Source: Myxococcales bacterium (GTDB lineage: Bacteria; Myxococcota_A; Polyangia; Polyangiales; Polyangiaceae). From it: a stretch of DNA of 57,317 bases. The position numbers and the translations under genes are program-made. The notes below the pieces were generated by a model that did no database searches, was not told the DNA's origin, and saw only the letters and a list, made by a program, of their open reading frames with translations. This document shows positions 1 to 10,064 of the stretch, piece after piece. The stretch lies in contig JAYVYD010000018.1 in the NCBI GenBank assembly GCA_043784605.1, positions 1 through 57,317 of the forward strand, given 5' to 3'. Numbering within the stretch: position 1 is the stretch's first letter; the number at the start of each line of letters is the position of its first letter.

Positions 1-381
1 CTCGTCGAGCAGCAGTGCCGGGTGATGGAGCAAGAGGTCGTGATGCAGGCGCGCCGCATGGGCCAGCGCATCACCAAGGAAGCGGCGGCAATCCTCCACG
101 AGCGCCTCCAGGCGGACGCGGAGAAGAAGGTCCGTGCCGGCTTGTTGATGGCGGCCATCGCTCGCAAGATGGAGATGAAGGTCACCGACGACGATCTCGA
201 GAAGGGCATGGCCGAGCTCGCTGCGGAGACCGGGAAGAACGTCGCCAAGCTGCGCGTCGAGTACCGTGACAAGCAGAAGCGCGACATGCTCATCGGCATG
301 ATTCTCGAGGACAAGATCCTAGATTTTCTCGAGAGCAAGTCCAAGATTACCGACGAAGCGCCCACCGAAGCGAAGAAGTAA
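1..381 (+). CDS. tig: trigger factor, C-terminal part (5' end outside window)
   Basis: Frame 1 is open from base 1 to TAA 379-381. The C-terminal sequence is trigger-factor-like ([43 protein letters not shown]). Classical tig-clpP-clpX-lon synteny follows. Confidence 0.8.
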   Translation, partial: LVEQQCRVMEQEVVMQARRMGQRITKEAAAILHERLQADAEKKVRAGLLMAAIARKMEMKVTDDDLEKGMAELAAETGKNVAKLRVEYRDKQKRDMLIGMILEDKILDFLESKSKITDEAPTEAKK

Positions 382-442
382 TCGGCGTAACCTGGCCGTA
401 AGGGCAGTTGTGACCGATCCACGATGTGCCGATAAAGGAGAC

Positions 443-1189
443 ATGATGAACAAGCACCCCGAGACCCGCAAGCAAGCGATGGCGATCCTCGAAGGCAACA
501 AGGCGGCGCTCGAGGCAGCTCAGCTCGCCATGCCGGTCCGTCCTCTCGCTACACTCGAGCGTACAGCGCCGAGCGCCTTCATTCCGTACCCCACCGTCGT
601 CGAGACGACGCACCGTGGAGAGCGCAACTGGGACATCTTCAGCCGGCTCTTGAAGGACCGCATCGTCTTTCTCGGCACCGAGATCAACGACGACGTCGCG
701 AACATCATCATCGCGCAATTTCTCTTCTTGGAATCAGAGGATCCGGACAAGGACATCGTCCTCTACATCAACTCGCCTGGCGGCGTGATCTACAGCGGCT
801 TGGCCATCTACGACACGATGCAGGTCATCCGTGCGCACGTCACCACGACTTGCGTCGGCATGGCGGCGTCGATGGGAGCGATCCTCCTCGCGGCCGGAGC
901 GAAGGGGCGACGCACGGCGCTGCCGAACGCGCGCATCATGATTCACCAGCCGCACGGCGGCGCGCGTGGCCAAGCGTCGGATATCGAGATTCAAGCGCGT
1001 GAGACGCGCTACTTGAAGGACGTACTCATCCAGATTCTCGTCGATGCGACGGGGAAGACGAAAGAGCAGATCCACAAGGACATCGATCGTGACAATTACA
1101 TGAGCCCGTCTCAGGCGAAGGAATACGGCCTGCTCGATGAGGTTCTCGTTCCCCGCCGCAAGGGCGGCAAAGACGGCGGCAAGGACTGA
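443..1189 (+). CDS. clpP: ATP-dependent Clp protease proteolytic subunit ClpP
   Basis: ORF 410..1189. In-frame ATG at 443 (and 446) follows AAGGAG at 435-440. Catalytic contexts are present: GMAASMG (Ser), MIHQPHGG (His), DIDRDNYM (Asp). About 50 aa precede the usual IPxVVE N-terminus, so the exact start is uncertain. Confidence 0.93.
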   Translation: MMNKHPETRKQAMAILEGNKAALEAAQLAMPVRPLATLERTAPSAFIPYPTVVETTHRGERNWDIFSRLLKDRIVFLGTEINDDVANIIIAQFLFLESEDPDKDIVLYINSPGGVIYSGLAIYDTMQVIRAHVTTTCVGMAASMGAILLAAGAKGRRTALPNARIMIHQPHGGARGQASDIEIQARETRYLKDVLIQILVDATGKTKEQIHKDIDRDNYMSPSQAKEYGLLDEVLVPRRKGGKDGGKD

Positions 1190-1280
1190 GAGAGCTGGTC
1201 GCCGGTAGCTTGCCCGACTGCCACTCGGGGTCTAGGCTTGAGACTCATTAACGTGGTGGACATTCACACAGGTCGAGGAC

Positions 1281-2537
1281 ATGGACCGTAGGCGCGACGA
1301 TCACGGAGGGGGGAACCTCAACTGCTCTTTCTGCGGCAAGTCCCAGAAAGAGGTCAAAAAGCTCATCGCTGGACCCACGGTCTACATTTGCGACGAGTGC
1401 ATTGGCTTATGCAACGACATCATCGCCGAAGAGGTCGAGAAGGACGAGCCCTACGCCGGGTCCGCGCCAGTCCCGAAGCCTTCGGAGATCAAGTCGATCC
1501 TCGACGATTACGTGATTGGTCAAGAGCGCGCGAAGAAGAACCTCGCGGTGGCCGTGCACAATCACTACAAGCGCATCGACTCGCGCGTGGCCGCCGACGA
1601 CGTGGAGCTGGCGAAGAGCAACATTCTGCTGCTCGGCCCCACAGGCAGCGGCAAGACACTGCTTGCGCAGACCCTCGCGAAGATCTTGAGCGTGCCGTTC
1701 GCGATCGCAGACGCGACCACGCTCACCGAAGCCGGCTACGTCGGCGAGGATGTCGAGAACATCATCGTTCAGCTGCTGCAGAATGCCGACCACGACGTCG
1801 AGCGCGCACAGCGAGGCATCGTCTACATCGACGAGATCGACAAGATCAGCCGCAAGAGCGACAACCCCAGCATCACGCGTGATGTCTCCGGCGAAGGCGT
1901 GCAGCAAGCCCTTCTCAAGATCATCGAGGGCACGATCGCGAACGTTCCTCCCAAGGGCGGACGCAAGCACCCGCAGCAAGACTTCCTCCAGGTGGACACG
2001 ACCAACATCCTGTTCATCTGCGGCGGCGCGTTCGTCGGTCTCGATCAGATCGTTCAGCGACGCATCGGCCAGCAGACGCTCGGCTTCGGCGCCGACATCA
2101 AGAGCAAGAAGGACTACAAGCTCGGCGAGCTACTCAGCCAAGTGCAGCCCGAGGACCTGCTGAAATTCGGCCTCATCCCGGAGTTCATCGGCCGCTTGCC
2201 GGTGCTTGCCACGTTGCACGAGCTGAACGAAGAAGCGCTCATCGACATTCTCACCAAGCCGAAGAACTCGCTCGTGAAGCAGTTCCAAAAGCTCTTCGAG
2301 ATGGACGGCGTGAAGCTCAAGTTCAGCAAGGGAGCTCTCGCGGCTGTCGCTCGTGAAGCCCTCTCGCGCAACAGCGGCGCGCGCGGCCTGCGCGCCATCC
2401 TCGAGCACGCGATGCTCGACATCATGTACGACATCCCCTCGCGTAGCGGCATCAAAGAGGTGGTGATCAACGAGGAAGTCATCACGAAGCGCGAAGCTCC
2501 GTTGATCGTGTACTCAAAAGAGGCAGAGCTCGCCTGA
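1281..2537 (+). CDS. clpX: ATP-dependent Clp protease ATP-binding subunit ClpX
   Basis: N-terminal zinc ribbon CSFCGK...CDEC, Walker A GPTGSGKT, Walker [12 protein letters not shown]-type loop region. 418 aa. Confidence 0.97.
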   Translation: MDRRRDDHGGGNLNCSFCGKSQKEVKKLIAGPTVYICDECIGLCNDIIAEEVEKDEPYAGSAPVPKPSEIKSILDDYVIGQERAKKNLAVAVHNHYKRIDSRVAADDVELAKSNILLLGPTGSGKTLLAQTLAKILSVPFAIADATTLTEAGYVGEDVENIIVQLLQNADHDVERAQRGIVYIDEIDKISRKSDNPSITRDVSGEGVQQALLKIIEGTIANVPPKGGRKHPQQDFLQVDTTNILFICGGAFVGLDQIVQRRIGQQTLGFGADIKSKKDYKLGELLSQVQPEDLLKFGLIPEFIGRLPVLATLHELNEEALIDILTKPKNSLVKQFQKLFEMDGVKLKFSKGALAAVAREALSRNSGARGLRAILEHAMLDIMYDIPSRSGIKEVVINEEVITKREAPLIVYSKEAELA

Positions 2538-2617
2538 ATCGAAATCGGCTCGGCTCGAAGATGGCGTCGTCCTCCGGGATGGCGCCATCGTCGTTTGGGG
2601 AGTAAAAACGGAGGGTC

Positions 2618-5095
2618 ATGTTCTTCAAAAACGAGGGCGACAAGCCCGGCAAGAAACGCTCGCTCCCGCTGCTGCCCCTGCGCGACATCATCGTGTTCCC
2701 GCACATGGAGAGTCAGCTCTTCGTGGGGCGCGAGCGGAGCATCAGTGCGTTGGACGCCGCGATGACGCAGGGCAAGGAGATCTTCCTCGCCGCGCAGAAG
2801 AACGCGAAGACCAACGAGCCCACGCCAGAGGACATCTTCCCCTCGGGAACGATCGGCATCGTCAAGCAGCTGCTGCGTCTGCCGGACGGCACGGTGAAGG
2901 TGATCGTGGAAGGTAAGCGACGCGCGCGTGTGAAGAAGTTCCTCCAGAGCGACGAGTTCTTCCTAGTGGAGGTCGACGAGGTCCCCGAGGTTGTCGTGAA
3001 GGGCATCGAGGTCGAGGCGCTGATGCGCAGCGTGCAGAGCGCCTTCGAGATGTACGTGAAGCTCAACAAGAAGGTGCAGCCCGAGGTCCTCATGGGCATC
3101 GGCACCATCGACGAGCCCTCGCGCTTGTCGGACGCCATCGTGGCGAACCTGCCCACCGTGAAGCTCAGCGATCGCCAGTCACTGCTCGAGATGGACGACC
3201 CGCAGAAGCGCCTCGAGAAGCTCCACGAGCTGATGCAGGCCGAGATCGAGATCCTCCAGGTGGAGAAGAAGATTCGATCGCGCGTCAAAAAGCAGATGGA
3301 GAAGACGCAGAAAGAATATTACCTCAACGAGCAAATGCAGGCGATCCAGAAGGAACTGGGTGGCGAGCGCGACGAGTTCAAGAACGAGATTCAAGAGCTC
3401 GAAGAGCAGATCAAAGCCAAGAAGCTCTCCAAAGAGGCCCAGGGCAAGATCAAGAAGGAGCTGAAGAAGCTCAAGATGATGCACCCAACGAGCGCCGAGG
3501 CGACCGTCGTGCGCAACTACATCGACTGGATCTTGAGCCTGCCTTGGGGCGAGCGCAGCGAAGAGAATTTCGATCTCAAGGTGGCCGAGACGATCTTGGA
3601 CGAGGACCACTACGGTCTGAAGAAGATCAAAGAGCGCATCATCGAGTACCTCGCGGTGCAGGCGCTGACCAAGAAGCTCCGCGGCCCCGTGCTCTGCTTC
3701 GTCGGGCCGCCCGGCGTCGGCAAGACGAGCCTCGCCAAGAGCATCGCGCGCGCGACCGGCCGGAAGTTCGTGCGCCTCGCGCTAGGCGGAGTGCGAGACG
3801 AAGCAGAGATTCGCGGACACCGCAGGACGTACATCGGCGCGATGCCCGGAAAGCTCATTCAGAGCCTTAAAAAAGCCGGATCCAACAACCCGGTGTTCTT
3901 GCTGGACGAGATCGACAAGATGTCGAGCGACTTCCGCGGGGACCCCGCCGCCGCGCTGCTCGAGGTGCTCGACAGTGAGCAGAACTTCGCGTTCAGCGAT
4001 CACTACCTCGACCTGGACTACGACCTGTCCGACGTGATGTTCATCACGACCGCGAACACGTTGAGCGGCATCCCGGTGCCTCTCCAAGACCGCATGGAGA
4101 TCATCCAGCTCAGCGGATACACCGAGTTCGAGAAGCTCAACATCGCAGTGAAGTACCTGGTGCCGCGCCAGAAGAAGGAGTGCGGGCTCGAGGAGGTGCC
4201 GTTCACTATGAACGAGCACGCCATCCGCACGGTCATCCACCACTACACGCGCGAGGCCGGTGTACGCTCGCTCGAGCGCGAGATCGCCAGCGTCTGCCGC
4301 AAGATCGCGCGACAAGTGGTCGAGCATGGCAAAGAGAAGCCCATCGAGATCGTGCCGAAGCTCGTACCGAAGTACCTCGGCGTTCCCAAGTACCGCTCGA
4401 ACAAGAAAGAGGAGCACGACGAGATCGGCCTCACGAGCGGGCTGTCGGTGACGTCCAACGGCGGCGGTGAGCTGCTCGCGTGCGAGGTCGCGGTCGTGGC
4501 GGGGAAGGGCAAGCTCGTCGTCACCGGCCTCGTCGAGAAGGGCATGGAGGAGAGCGCGCAAGCCGCGATGAGCTACATCCGCTCGCGCGCAGCGGTGCTC
4601 GGTCTCGAGCCCGATTTCTACCAAAAGGTGGACGTGCATGTGCACTTCCCGGAGTTCGTTCGAAAAGACGGACCGAGCGCCGGCGTCACGATGGCGACGA
4701 GCCTCGCGAGCGCTCTCATCAAGGTACCCGTGAAGCGCGATCTCGCCATGACCGGCGAAATTACGCTGCGCGGCCGCGTGATGCCCATCGGTGGCCTCAA
4801 AGAAAAGCTGCTCGCCGCCCACCGCAGCGGCATCACCACCGTCATCGTTCCAAAAGAAAATCGCAAGGACCTGCGAGAAGTGCCGCGCCGCGTGCTGAAG
4901 GCCACTCGCATCGTGCTCGTCGAGCACATGGACGATGTGCTGCGTGAGGCGCTGTGTCTGCCCAACCCCGAGGCCGTGTTCGGTCCCGCGAAGGACGTCA
5001 TGGAGTATTCAGGCGGCGAGCTCGTCGTGCATCACGGCGCCGTTCGTCCCGCCTCAGGCAGTGGCAATCCCGATCCCGCGCCCGCTCCCGTTTGA
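2618..5095 (+). CDS. lon: Lon protease (LonA type)
   Basis: 825 aa. Has a Lon N-domain, Walker [10 protein letters not shown], Walker B FLLDEIDK, and a protease domain with DGPSAG (Ser) and the downstream Lys. GGAGGG lies upstream of the ATG. Confidence 0.97.
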   Translation: MFFKNEGDKPGKKRSLPLLPLRDIIVFPHMESQLFVGRERSISALDAAMTQGKEIFLAAQKNAKTNEPTPEDIFPSGTIGIVKQLLRLPDGTVKVIVEGKRRARVKKFLQSDEFFLVEVDEVPEVVVKGIEVEALMRSVQSAFEMYVKLNKKVQPEVLMGIGTIDEPSRLSDAIVANLPTVKLSDRQSLLEMDDPQKRLEKLHELMQAEIEILQVEKKIRSRVKKQMEKTQKEYYLNEQMQAIQKELGGERDEFKNEIQELEEQIKAKKLSKEAQGKIKKELKKLKMMHPTSAEATVVRNYIDWILSLPWGERSEENFDLKVAETILDEDHYGLKKIKERIIEYLAVQALTKKLRGPVLCFVGPPGVGKTSLAKSIARATGRKFVRLALGGVRDEAEIRGHRRTYIGAMPGKLIQSLKKAGSNNPVFLLDEIDKMSSDFRGDPAAALLEVLDSEQNFAFSDHYLDLDYDLSDVMFITTANTLSGIPVPLQDRMEIIQLSGYTEFEKLNIAVKYLVPRQKKECGLEEVPFTMNEHAIRTVIHHYTREAGVRSLEREIASVCRKIARQVVEHGKEKPIEIVPKLVPKYLGVPKYRSNKKEEHDEIGLTSGLSVTSNGGGELLACEVAVVAGKGKLVVTGLVEKGMEESAQAAMSYIRSRAAVLGLEPDFYQKVDVHVHFPEFVRKDGPSAGVTMATSLASALIKVPVKRDLAMTGEITLRGRVMPIGGLKEKLLAAHRSGITTVIVPKENRKDLREVPRRVLKATRIVLVEHMDDVLREALCLPNPEAVFGPAKDVMEYSGGELVVHHGAVRPASGSGNPDPAPAPV

Positions 5096-5099
5096 GATT

Positions 5100-5123
5100 C
5101 TGAAACGCGCGCGCGAGTTTCAG
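5100..5123 (+). terminator. terminator-like hairpin after lon
   Basis: Inverted repeat CTGAAAC-N10-GTTTCAG starts 5 nt after the lon stop. There is no U-tract, so it is only terminator-like. Confidence 0.35.
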
Positions 5124-5124
5124 C

Positions 5125-5152
5125 TTGACCAGGAATGTGGCGTCAGTATGTT
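5125..5152 (+). promoter_or_regulatory. sigma70-like promoter candidate for tRNA-Asp
   Basis: TTGACC (5125-5130), 16-nt spacer, TATGTT (5147-5152). It lies about 32 nt upstream of the tRNA 5' end. Judged by eye only. Confidence 0.35.
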
Positions 5153-5184
5153 GCGCCCTCTCTTCGTTGCTTGGCGAACACCTC

Positions 5185-5258
<74 letters not shown>

Positions 5259-5295
5259 CATAGTTTCTGCTGGTTTCATCGCCTGAAAAGGCCTG

Positions 5296-5697
5296 TCAGT
5301 ACTGACCGCACGCGTGCTCGTCGTCGACGACGTGCACTCGGGGAGCCGAGCACGAGCAATGCTCTCCATCTCCGCCGCCCGAAGTTTGGAAATCCGGCCA
5401 GACGCACGTGTAGCTCATAGAGGCAGGGGTCTCGTGGCAATGGACCTCGATGCGGCTCAGGCGCTTTTCGTCTGCACATCGCCACGTCACGCTGTAGTCG
5501 CAACCCGCGTCGAGGCGCTGGAAGGCCTCGATGGTGGGTGGCGCAGGCGAGCACGATGCTTCGGCGCCGCCGTCTCGCTGGGTCTCCGCGATCGAGCCAG
5601 CATCCTCGGGCTCAGCGAGGACGACGCCAAGCTGCGTTCGTCCGCCACACGCAGAGAGCGTTGCGATCGCCGCAACGAGCGATACGAGACGCCTCAC
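5296..5697 (-). CDS. small Cys-containing lipoprotein, hypothetical
   Basis: GTG at 5697 overlaps the upstream stop (ATGTGA). The signal/lipobox is VRRLVSLVAAIATLSAC-GG. The mature part carries several Cys. The longer track ORF (to 5835) overlaps the upstream gene. Confidence 0.55.
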   Translation of the reverse strand: MRRLVSLVAAIATLSACGGRTQLGVVLAEPEDAGSIAETQRDGGAEASCSPAPPTIEAFQRLDAGCDYSVTWRCADEKRLSRIEVHCHETPASMSYTCVWPDFQTSGGGDGEHCSCSAPRVHVVDDEHACGQY

Positions 5698-6563
5698 ATG
5701 CAGAGCTTGAACGTCGCGCCCATCGTCGGAGTCGTGCACACTCCGCTGCTGCATGGGTGAGCCATGTCGCAGTACGGCATGCACGACGACGTCCCCGAGT
5801 CGCCGACCTGCCAGCACGCTGCACCTGCGACGCACGCGTTACCGCCTTGGCACGGCTGCCCGATCGCGGTCTGTCCGATGACGCCGCACGTGAGCTGGAG
5901 GTTGTTGTTGATGTCCGTGTAGTCGATGCAGCCGTCGCCCGAGGCGCACTTCGTCGTCCACGGATCGCACGAGTGCGCGCAGACTCCGCCTTGCGCGAGC
6001 ATGAGCTGCGGAGGTGTCATCGAGACGCAGAAGTCGCCCATGGCGCATGGGTTCTTCGCGGTGCAGGTCGGCCGGCACGTGCGGAGCGTGGACGCGTTCG
6101 CGGGCGTCGAGAACGAGACGCACGAGAAGCCCTTGCCGCAAGTGTCGTAGCCGGCGACGTCCGTAGGGCGTGTACAGCCTTCATCGAGCTTGCCGTTGCC
6201 CGGCTGCGGTCCACACGCGACGAAGTTGCCGCCGGCCACGGAGGTGCCCGCTTCGATCGGGAAGAAGCTGCACTTCGGAGAGCACGGATCGGTGCAGTTT
6301 TGAGCCACCGGATCGCACTGCACCAGGTCGCCGGCGTCCATGATGTTGGACGGGAGCGTCGGCACTTGCATGTTGCACGTGTCGGGACCCATGCCGCTGT
6401 CGAAGATGCCCGAGTCCTTCTTGCCGGGGTTCGAATCGGCTGCACCCGTGTCGGGCGCACTGCTGTCGGGTCCGGCGGCTACGGTGTCGTTGGACGAACA
6501 CGCGAACACGAACGCAGCCGAGAAAGCTCCAAGCACCCCGAACGCACATACTGTCTTGAACAT
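5694..6563 (-). CDS. Cys-rich secreted lipoprotein, hypothetical
   Basis: ATG 6563 lies 7 nt after GGGGAG. Signal/lipobox MFKTVCAFGVLGAFSAAFVFAC-SS. Many spaced Cys follow (CxxxxC, GxxC patterns). Confidence 0.7.
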   Translation of the reverse strand: MFKTVCAFGVLGAFSAAFVFACSSNDTVAAGPDSSAPDTGAADSNPGKKDSGIFDSGMGPDTCNMQVPTLPSNIMDAGDLVQCDPVAQNCTDPCSPKCSFFPIEAGTSVAGGNFVACGPQPGNGKLDEGCTRPTDVAGYDTCGKGFSCVSFSTPANASTLRTCRPTCTAKNPCAMGDFCVSMTPPQLMLAQGGVCAHSCDPWTTKCASGDGCIDYTDINNNLQLTCGVIGQTAIGQPCQGGNACVAGAACWQVGDSGTSSCMPYCDMAHPCSSGVCTTPTMGATFKLCM

Positions 6564-6691
6564 GACTGGCTCCCCACTCTCGACCACCCGCCGTGTCAAG
6601 AAGCAGTCAGACTACGAAAAAGCAGGGTCGGCGTCCATCGCAGTCGAGTTGCGTCACGCCAGAACGTCCACTAAGGAACTCCTTCATCAAT

Positions 6692-6763
6692 GGGCGGGTA
6701 GCTCAGGGGTAGAGCGCTGGCTTTACACGCCGGACGTCGCAGGTTCGAAACCTGTCCCGCCTA
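6692..6763 (+). tRNA. tRNA-Val (anticodon TAC)
   Basis: Hand-folded 72-nt cloverleaf. Acceptor GGGCGGG/CCCGCCT (G1-U72 wobble), D arm GCTC-AGGGGTA-GAGC, anticodon stem CTGGC/GCCGG with loop TTTACAC, T arm GCAGG-TTCGAAA-CCTGT, discriminator A. Confidence 0.85.
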
Positions 6764-6802
6764 CGAATTCTCCGCGTAACCCTCCACGGAGAGGGTGCGC
6801 GA

Positions 6803-7150
6803 CTAATCGCCGCCGAGTGACTTTGGCGCGCTCTTGCGCCAGTAAGCCTTCGCGACCACCGCCTCGCTCACGAGGCAGACCACGCGCGACTGGCTATCTA
6901 CGACGGGCATCGCCTGAAGCCCGGACGATCTCATCAACTCGACCGCGCGCGCCAAGTGATCGGTCTCCGCCACGAAGACAGGTGGACGCATGATGTCGCC
7001 CGCATTGACGACGTGCTCGAGCGAGTCGTCGAGGAGCAAGATGCGGACCTCTTCGGCCATGACGATGCCGCAGAGAGCGCCATTCGCATCGACGACCGGA
7101 AAGACGGTGAACGCGCCGCCGAGCATTGCGCCGATGAAGAGGGACGGCGC
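6803..7150 (-). pseudogene. remnant of a ClC-type chloride channel with C-terminal CBS pair (5'-truncated, internally deleted)
   Basis: Reading upstream of the track ORF gives stop-SRPARSRR-APSLFIGAMLGGAF. That is the tail of the conserved ClC GxFxPSLFIGA helix motif. It is fused directly to the middle of a CBS domain (TVFPVVDANGALCGIV...), followed by a second CBS (DIMRPPVFVAETDHLARAVELM...MPVVD). Confidence 0.5.
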
Positions 7151-7167
7151 ACGACGCGAGCGCGCAG

Positions 7168-7421
7168 GTCGGGATCATCGGGCTCGGCGCGGGGGCACTC
7201 GCGACGTACTCGAGGAGCACTCGTACGTGCGCGAGGACGCCCTGCTCACCACCGTGGACATCGAGAACGGCAAGAACACGTCGGAGTGGGTCGTGATGGC
7301 CGCAAGCGCAGAAGACCTCGGCCCCAAGCTGCGCACGGCTCCGTGGCGACCCACGGACGCACGTGGCACACGCAGCGCGTGGACGGATGATCAATCAAGC
7401 ATCGTCCCGCTCTTCAGATAG
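7168..7421 (+). pseudogene. remnant of a spermidine-synthase-like (PABS/fused MFS) gene
   Basis: One frame gives the SAM-binding-like VGIIGLGAGALATY. Around 7205-7215 the homology jumps to another frame, which reads VLEEHSYVREDALLTTVDIENGKNTSEWVVMAASAEDL...SAWTDDQSSIVPLFR*. That is a typical C-terminal end (S.WVVMA, WTDDxS). No intact N-terminus is present. Confidence 0.4.
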
Positions 7422-7430
7422 AGGCAGATT

Positions 7431-9107
7431 TCAGGGTGCGACAGAGATCGAACGCGCCGTGCCATCGGGCTTGAGCGACAGCGCGTAGGTGGTGGTGTCT
7501 CCGAGGAAGACGACAGCTTCATCGCCGAACGAGAACGCCTCCGAGCTCATCGACTGCTCGGACAGACCGCCAGGCGCGGACTTCGTGATGGCAAGAGCCG
7601 AGTCGATGAGGACCTTCGGCGTGGCCTTCGGAAGGTCAGCGAGGGGCGCACGAACGAAGTAGGTCGCCTCCGAGTCCTCGTCCGCCCATATCACGAGCGT
7701 GTCCGCGCCTACCGTCGTCACCATCGCGTCCGTCGGGAGATCGACGGTCACGCTCTCCGTCTTGCATCCGAGAGCGACGCTGCAGCGCTGTACGTGCACC
7801 GCGTGCTCGTTGCGGTCCGCGATGGTGAGTGTGTCCCCGCGGCAGCTCATCCTCCGCGTGGCGAAGCTGTCGGCGGCGAGCGCGTCGGGCTTCAGCGCGT
7901 GCCAGCCGCCCTTGTCGTCGCGGATCGCGAGCGCGGGGCTCATGTCGAAGAACAGGTGGTCGGCCTCGCAGGTGCCGTCCGTGCGCTCTTCTCCGTATGT
8001 GCGTCGTCCGATGGTCCCCACGGTGATGGCGCGCGAGCCCGCGATCAGCGCTCTCGCCTTGATGGTCGCAGGCTTCTCCGTGGCGGGCGCGAGCGACGGG
8101 CTCTCGTATTCACCCAACACGAACTCGGGCCGCTGTTTCCAAACCGTGAAGCCGCCGGCGCGCCGCTCGCCCGTGCCGAAGTTCGAGGTGACCTCGAAGG
8201 CCGTGCGTGTGTTGTGACCCGCACGGTCGCGCTCGAAGAGGAGCGGCGTGCTGGCGTCGGCGGTCTCGATGTTCACTTGCAGCTCGAGGTGACCGTCGCG
8301 GTAGGTCCTCCCGTGCGAGACGATGAGCGCGTTGTCGATCACGGCGAGCGGGTCGGTCGCGGCACCGAAGACGGACACTGTCTTGATCGACGTCCCGGTG
8401 GCGACTCGCGAATAGGCGAAGTCGCTGCCGATGTCCCCCGCGAAGAGGTCGGCGTCCAAGGCCGCTTCGATGCACCGAATCTTGTGTGTCGCGTGCGCGT
8501 ACTCGCAGCTGCGCTTGCCATTCAGCGCCTCGTCGACCATTCCGAAGCGCACGCCGTCTTGTGAGCGCACGAGCAGCTGGCTGATCTGCCCGAATTTGGC
8601 GTCTCCGCCGATGGGCTTGATCGCCGCCATCTCGAGCAGCGGCGACTGCTCCGACGGCGCGGCGGGGACGGTGGGGTCGTGCGGTCCATGCGTGAACGGG
8701 GCGAGCCCGCGCAGCATGCTCGCGGTCGAGGTCAGCGTTCCATCGGCGAGCTCGTCGTGCGCAGTGTCGAAGGTCGGCTGGACCTTCACGACTCCTCGGG
8801 CGAATGCCGCTCGATGGGCCGGGGCGATCGCCTGCACGTAGGTCGCGCATCTCTTCGGCCACGCAGTCGGAGTCTTGTCGGCAAAATACGTAGCGTAGGC
8901 CGAAATGCGAAGACGATGCAGCTTGGCGTCCACGTCGCCATCCGCGGGGCCGCCTAGCAGGCAGTCGGAGAGTCGTGTCGTCGCGCGCTCGAGGTCATCG
9001 CGCGCCCTCGTCTTCTCGTGCACGTGAAACGCCCAAATTCCAGCGAGCCCAGCGCCGAGCAGTCCGACCAAGCCGCCTCCCACGATCAGCGCGCGAATGT
9101 TCATCAT
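7431..9107 (-). CDS. membrane-anchored hypothetical protein (558 aa)
   Basis: N-terminal TM helix ALIVGGGLVGLLGAGLAGIWAF. Good GC3 bias. I recognise no domain. It lies 16 nt downstream of the SDR gene on the same strand. Confidence 0.7.
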   Translation of the reverse strand: MMNIRALIVGGGLVGLLGAGLAGIWAFHVHEKTRARDDLERATTRLSDCLLGGPADGDVDAKLHRLRISAYATYFADKTPTAWPKRCATYVQAIAPAHRAAFARGVVKVQPTFDTAHDELADGTLTSTASMLRGLAPFTHGPHDPTVPAAPSEQSPLLEMAAIKPIGGDAKFGQISQLLVRSQDGVRFGMVDEALNGKRSCEYAHATHKIRCIEAALDADLFAGDIGSDFAYSRVATGTSIKTVSVFGAATDPLAVIDNALIVSHGRTYRDGHLELQVNIETADASTPLLFERDRAGHNTRTAFEVTSNFGTGERRAGGFTVWKQRPEFVLGEYESPSLAPATEKPATIKARALIAGSRAITVGTIGRRTYGEERTDGTCEADHLFFDMSPALAIRDDKGGWHALKPDALAADSFATRRMSCRGDTLTIADRNEHAVHVQRCSVALGCKTESVTVDLPTDAMVTTVGADTLVIWADEDSEATYFVRAPLADLPKATPKVLIDSALAITKSAPGGLSEQSMSSEAFSFGDEAVVFLGDTTTYALSLKPDGTARSISVAP

Positions 9108-9123
9108 GAATCCGACGAGCGTA

Positions 9124-10062
9124 TCAGCGCTCCGAAGACACCGCGCGCACGGTCTCTTCGATGCCGTAGCGAGGCCGGAAGCCCAACACCTCTCGGCTCT
9201 TGCTGTCGTCCACCATGCACACGTAGCGAATGAAATCGAGCTCGGGCGCGGGGAAGCTCGTCAGTCGCAGCGCCCACAAACGCTTGAGCACACTCTTGCC
9301 GAGCGTGTAGGGGATCGAGATCGTGTCGCGGCCCGTGAGCGCGATGATGCGCGAGAGCGGCAACGGCTCGGGCCCCGCGAGGTTGAAGATGCCGCGCGTG
9401 CCCGGCGTGAGCGCCTGCACCATCGCGCCGACGAGATCGCGCTCGTGGATCACTTGGACCATCGGGTCGTAGCCCATGAGCGTGGGGATCGTCGGCAAGC
9501 GCAAGAAGTTGGAGGCCGCGTTGCGCACGGTCCCGAGGATGTGCACGGGGCGGAGGATGAGGCTCTCGGTCTTCGGGTGCTTCCAGAAGAAGCTCTGGGC
9601 GAGCATGTCGACCTCGATGAGATCGCGGATCTCGCTGAATCTAGCCGACGCCAGCAAGGGTGACTCTTCGGTCAAGAACTGCGGGTTGTGCGGCTGCGGG
9701 CCGTACACGTTGGCGCTCGAGAGCACGACGAGCTTCGGCACGTCGAACTGCGCGACATACTCGAGTAGCTTTCCGAAGCCCTCCACGTTCCACGAGTGGT
9801 GATCCGCCGCTGACGCGCGCGGGTCGTGCATGACGCCGAGGTGGACGACGGCCTCGACATCGCCGGCGCGGAACACGTCTTTCAGCTTCTTGCGGCGCAG
9901 ATCCACCTGCGCATGCACGACGTCTTTCGGTCGATCGGGGAACGGACGGCGATCGACGCCGACGACCGGACGCACCCGGTGCAGCTCGCGCACGAGCCGC
10001 TTGCCGAGCCGCCCGCACGCGCCCGTGATCACGACCTTGCCGCTCCCCCGCTCGACCATCAT
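9124..10062 (-). CDS. NAD(P)-dependent epimerase/dehydratase-family (extended SDR) protein
   Basis: Start ATGATG at 10062 lies 2 nt after the upstream stop. Rossmann motif VVITGACGRLG. The fold is SDR-like throughout. The 602-aa track ORF is an out-of-frame read-through extension. Confidence 0.85.
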   Translation of the reverse strand: MMVERGSGKVVITGACGRLGKRLVRELHRVRPVVGVDRRPFPDRPKDVVHAQVDLRRKKLKDVFRAGDVEAVVHLGVMHDPRASAADHHSWNVEGFGKLLEYVAQFDVPKLVVLSSANVYGPQPHNPQFLTEESPLLASARFSEIRDLIEVDMLAQSFFWKHPKTESLILRPVHILGTVRNAASNFLRLPTIPTLMGYDPMVQVIHERDLVGAMVQALTPGTRGIFNLAGPEPLPLSRIIALTGRDTISIPYTLGKSVLKRLWALRLTSFPAPELDFIRYVCMVDDSKSREVLGFRPRYGIEETVRAVSSER

Positions 10063-10064
10063 CG

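Noticed and set aside
5538-6674. 378-aa plus-strand ORF across the Cys-rich lipoprotein locus
   Set aside because: It is an Arg-rich shadow frame. The minus strand encodes proteins with proper signal peptides and lipoboxes, plus an SD.
6764-7430. Integrated element or prophage at tRNA-Val
   Set aside because: No integrase, no partial tRNA direct repeat and no phage-like genes were found. Only gene remnants are present, and these are reported as a finding.
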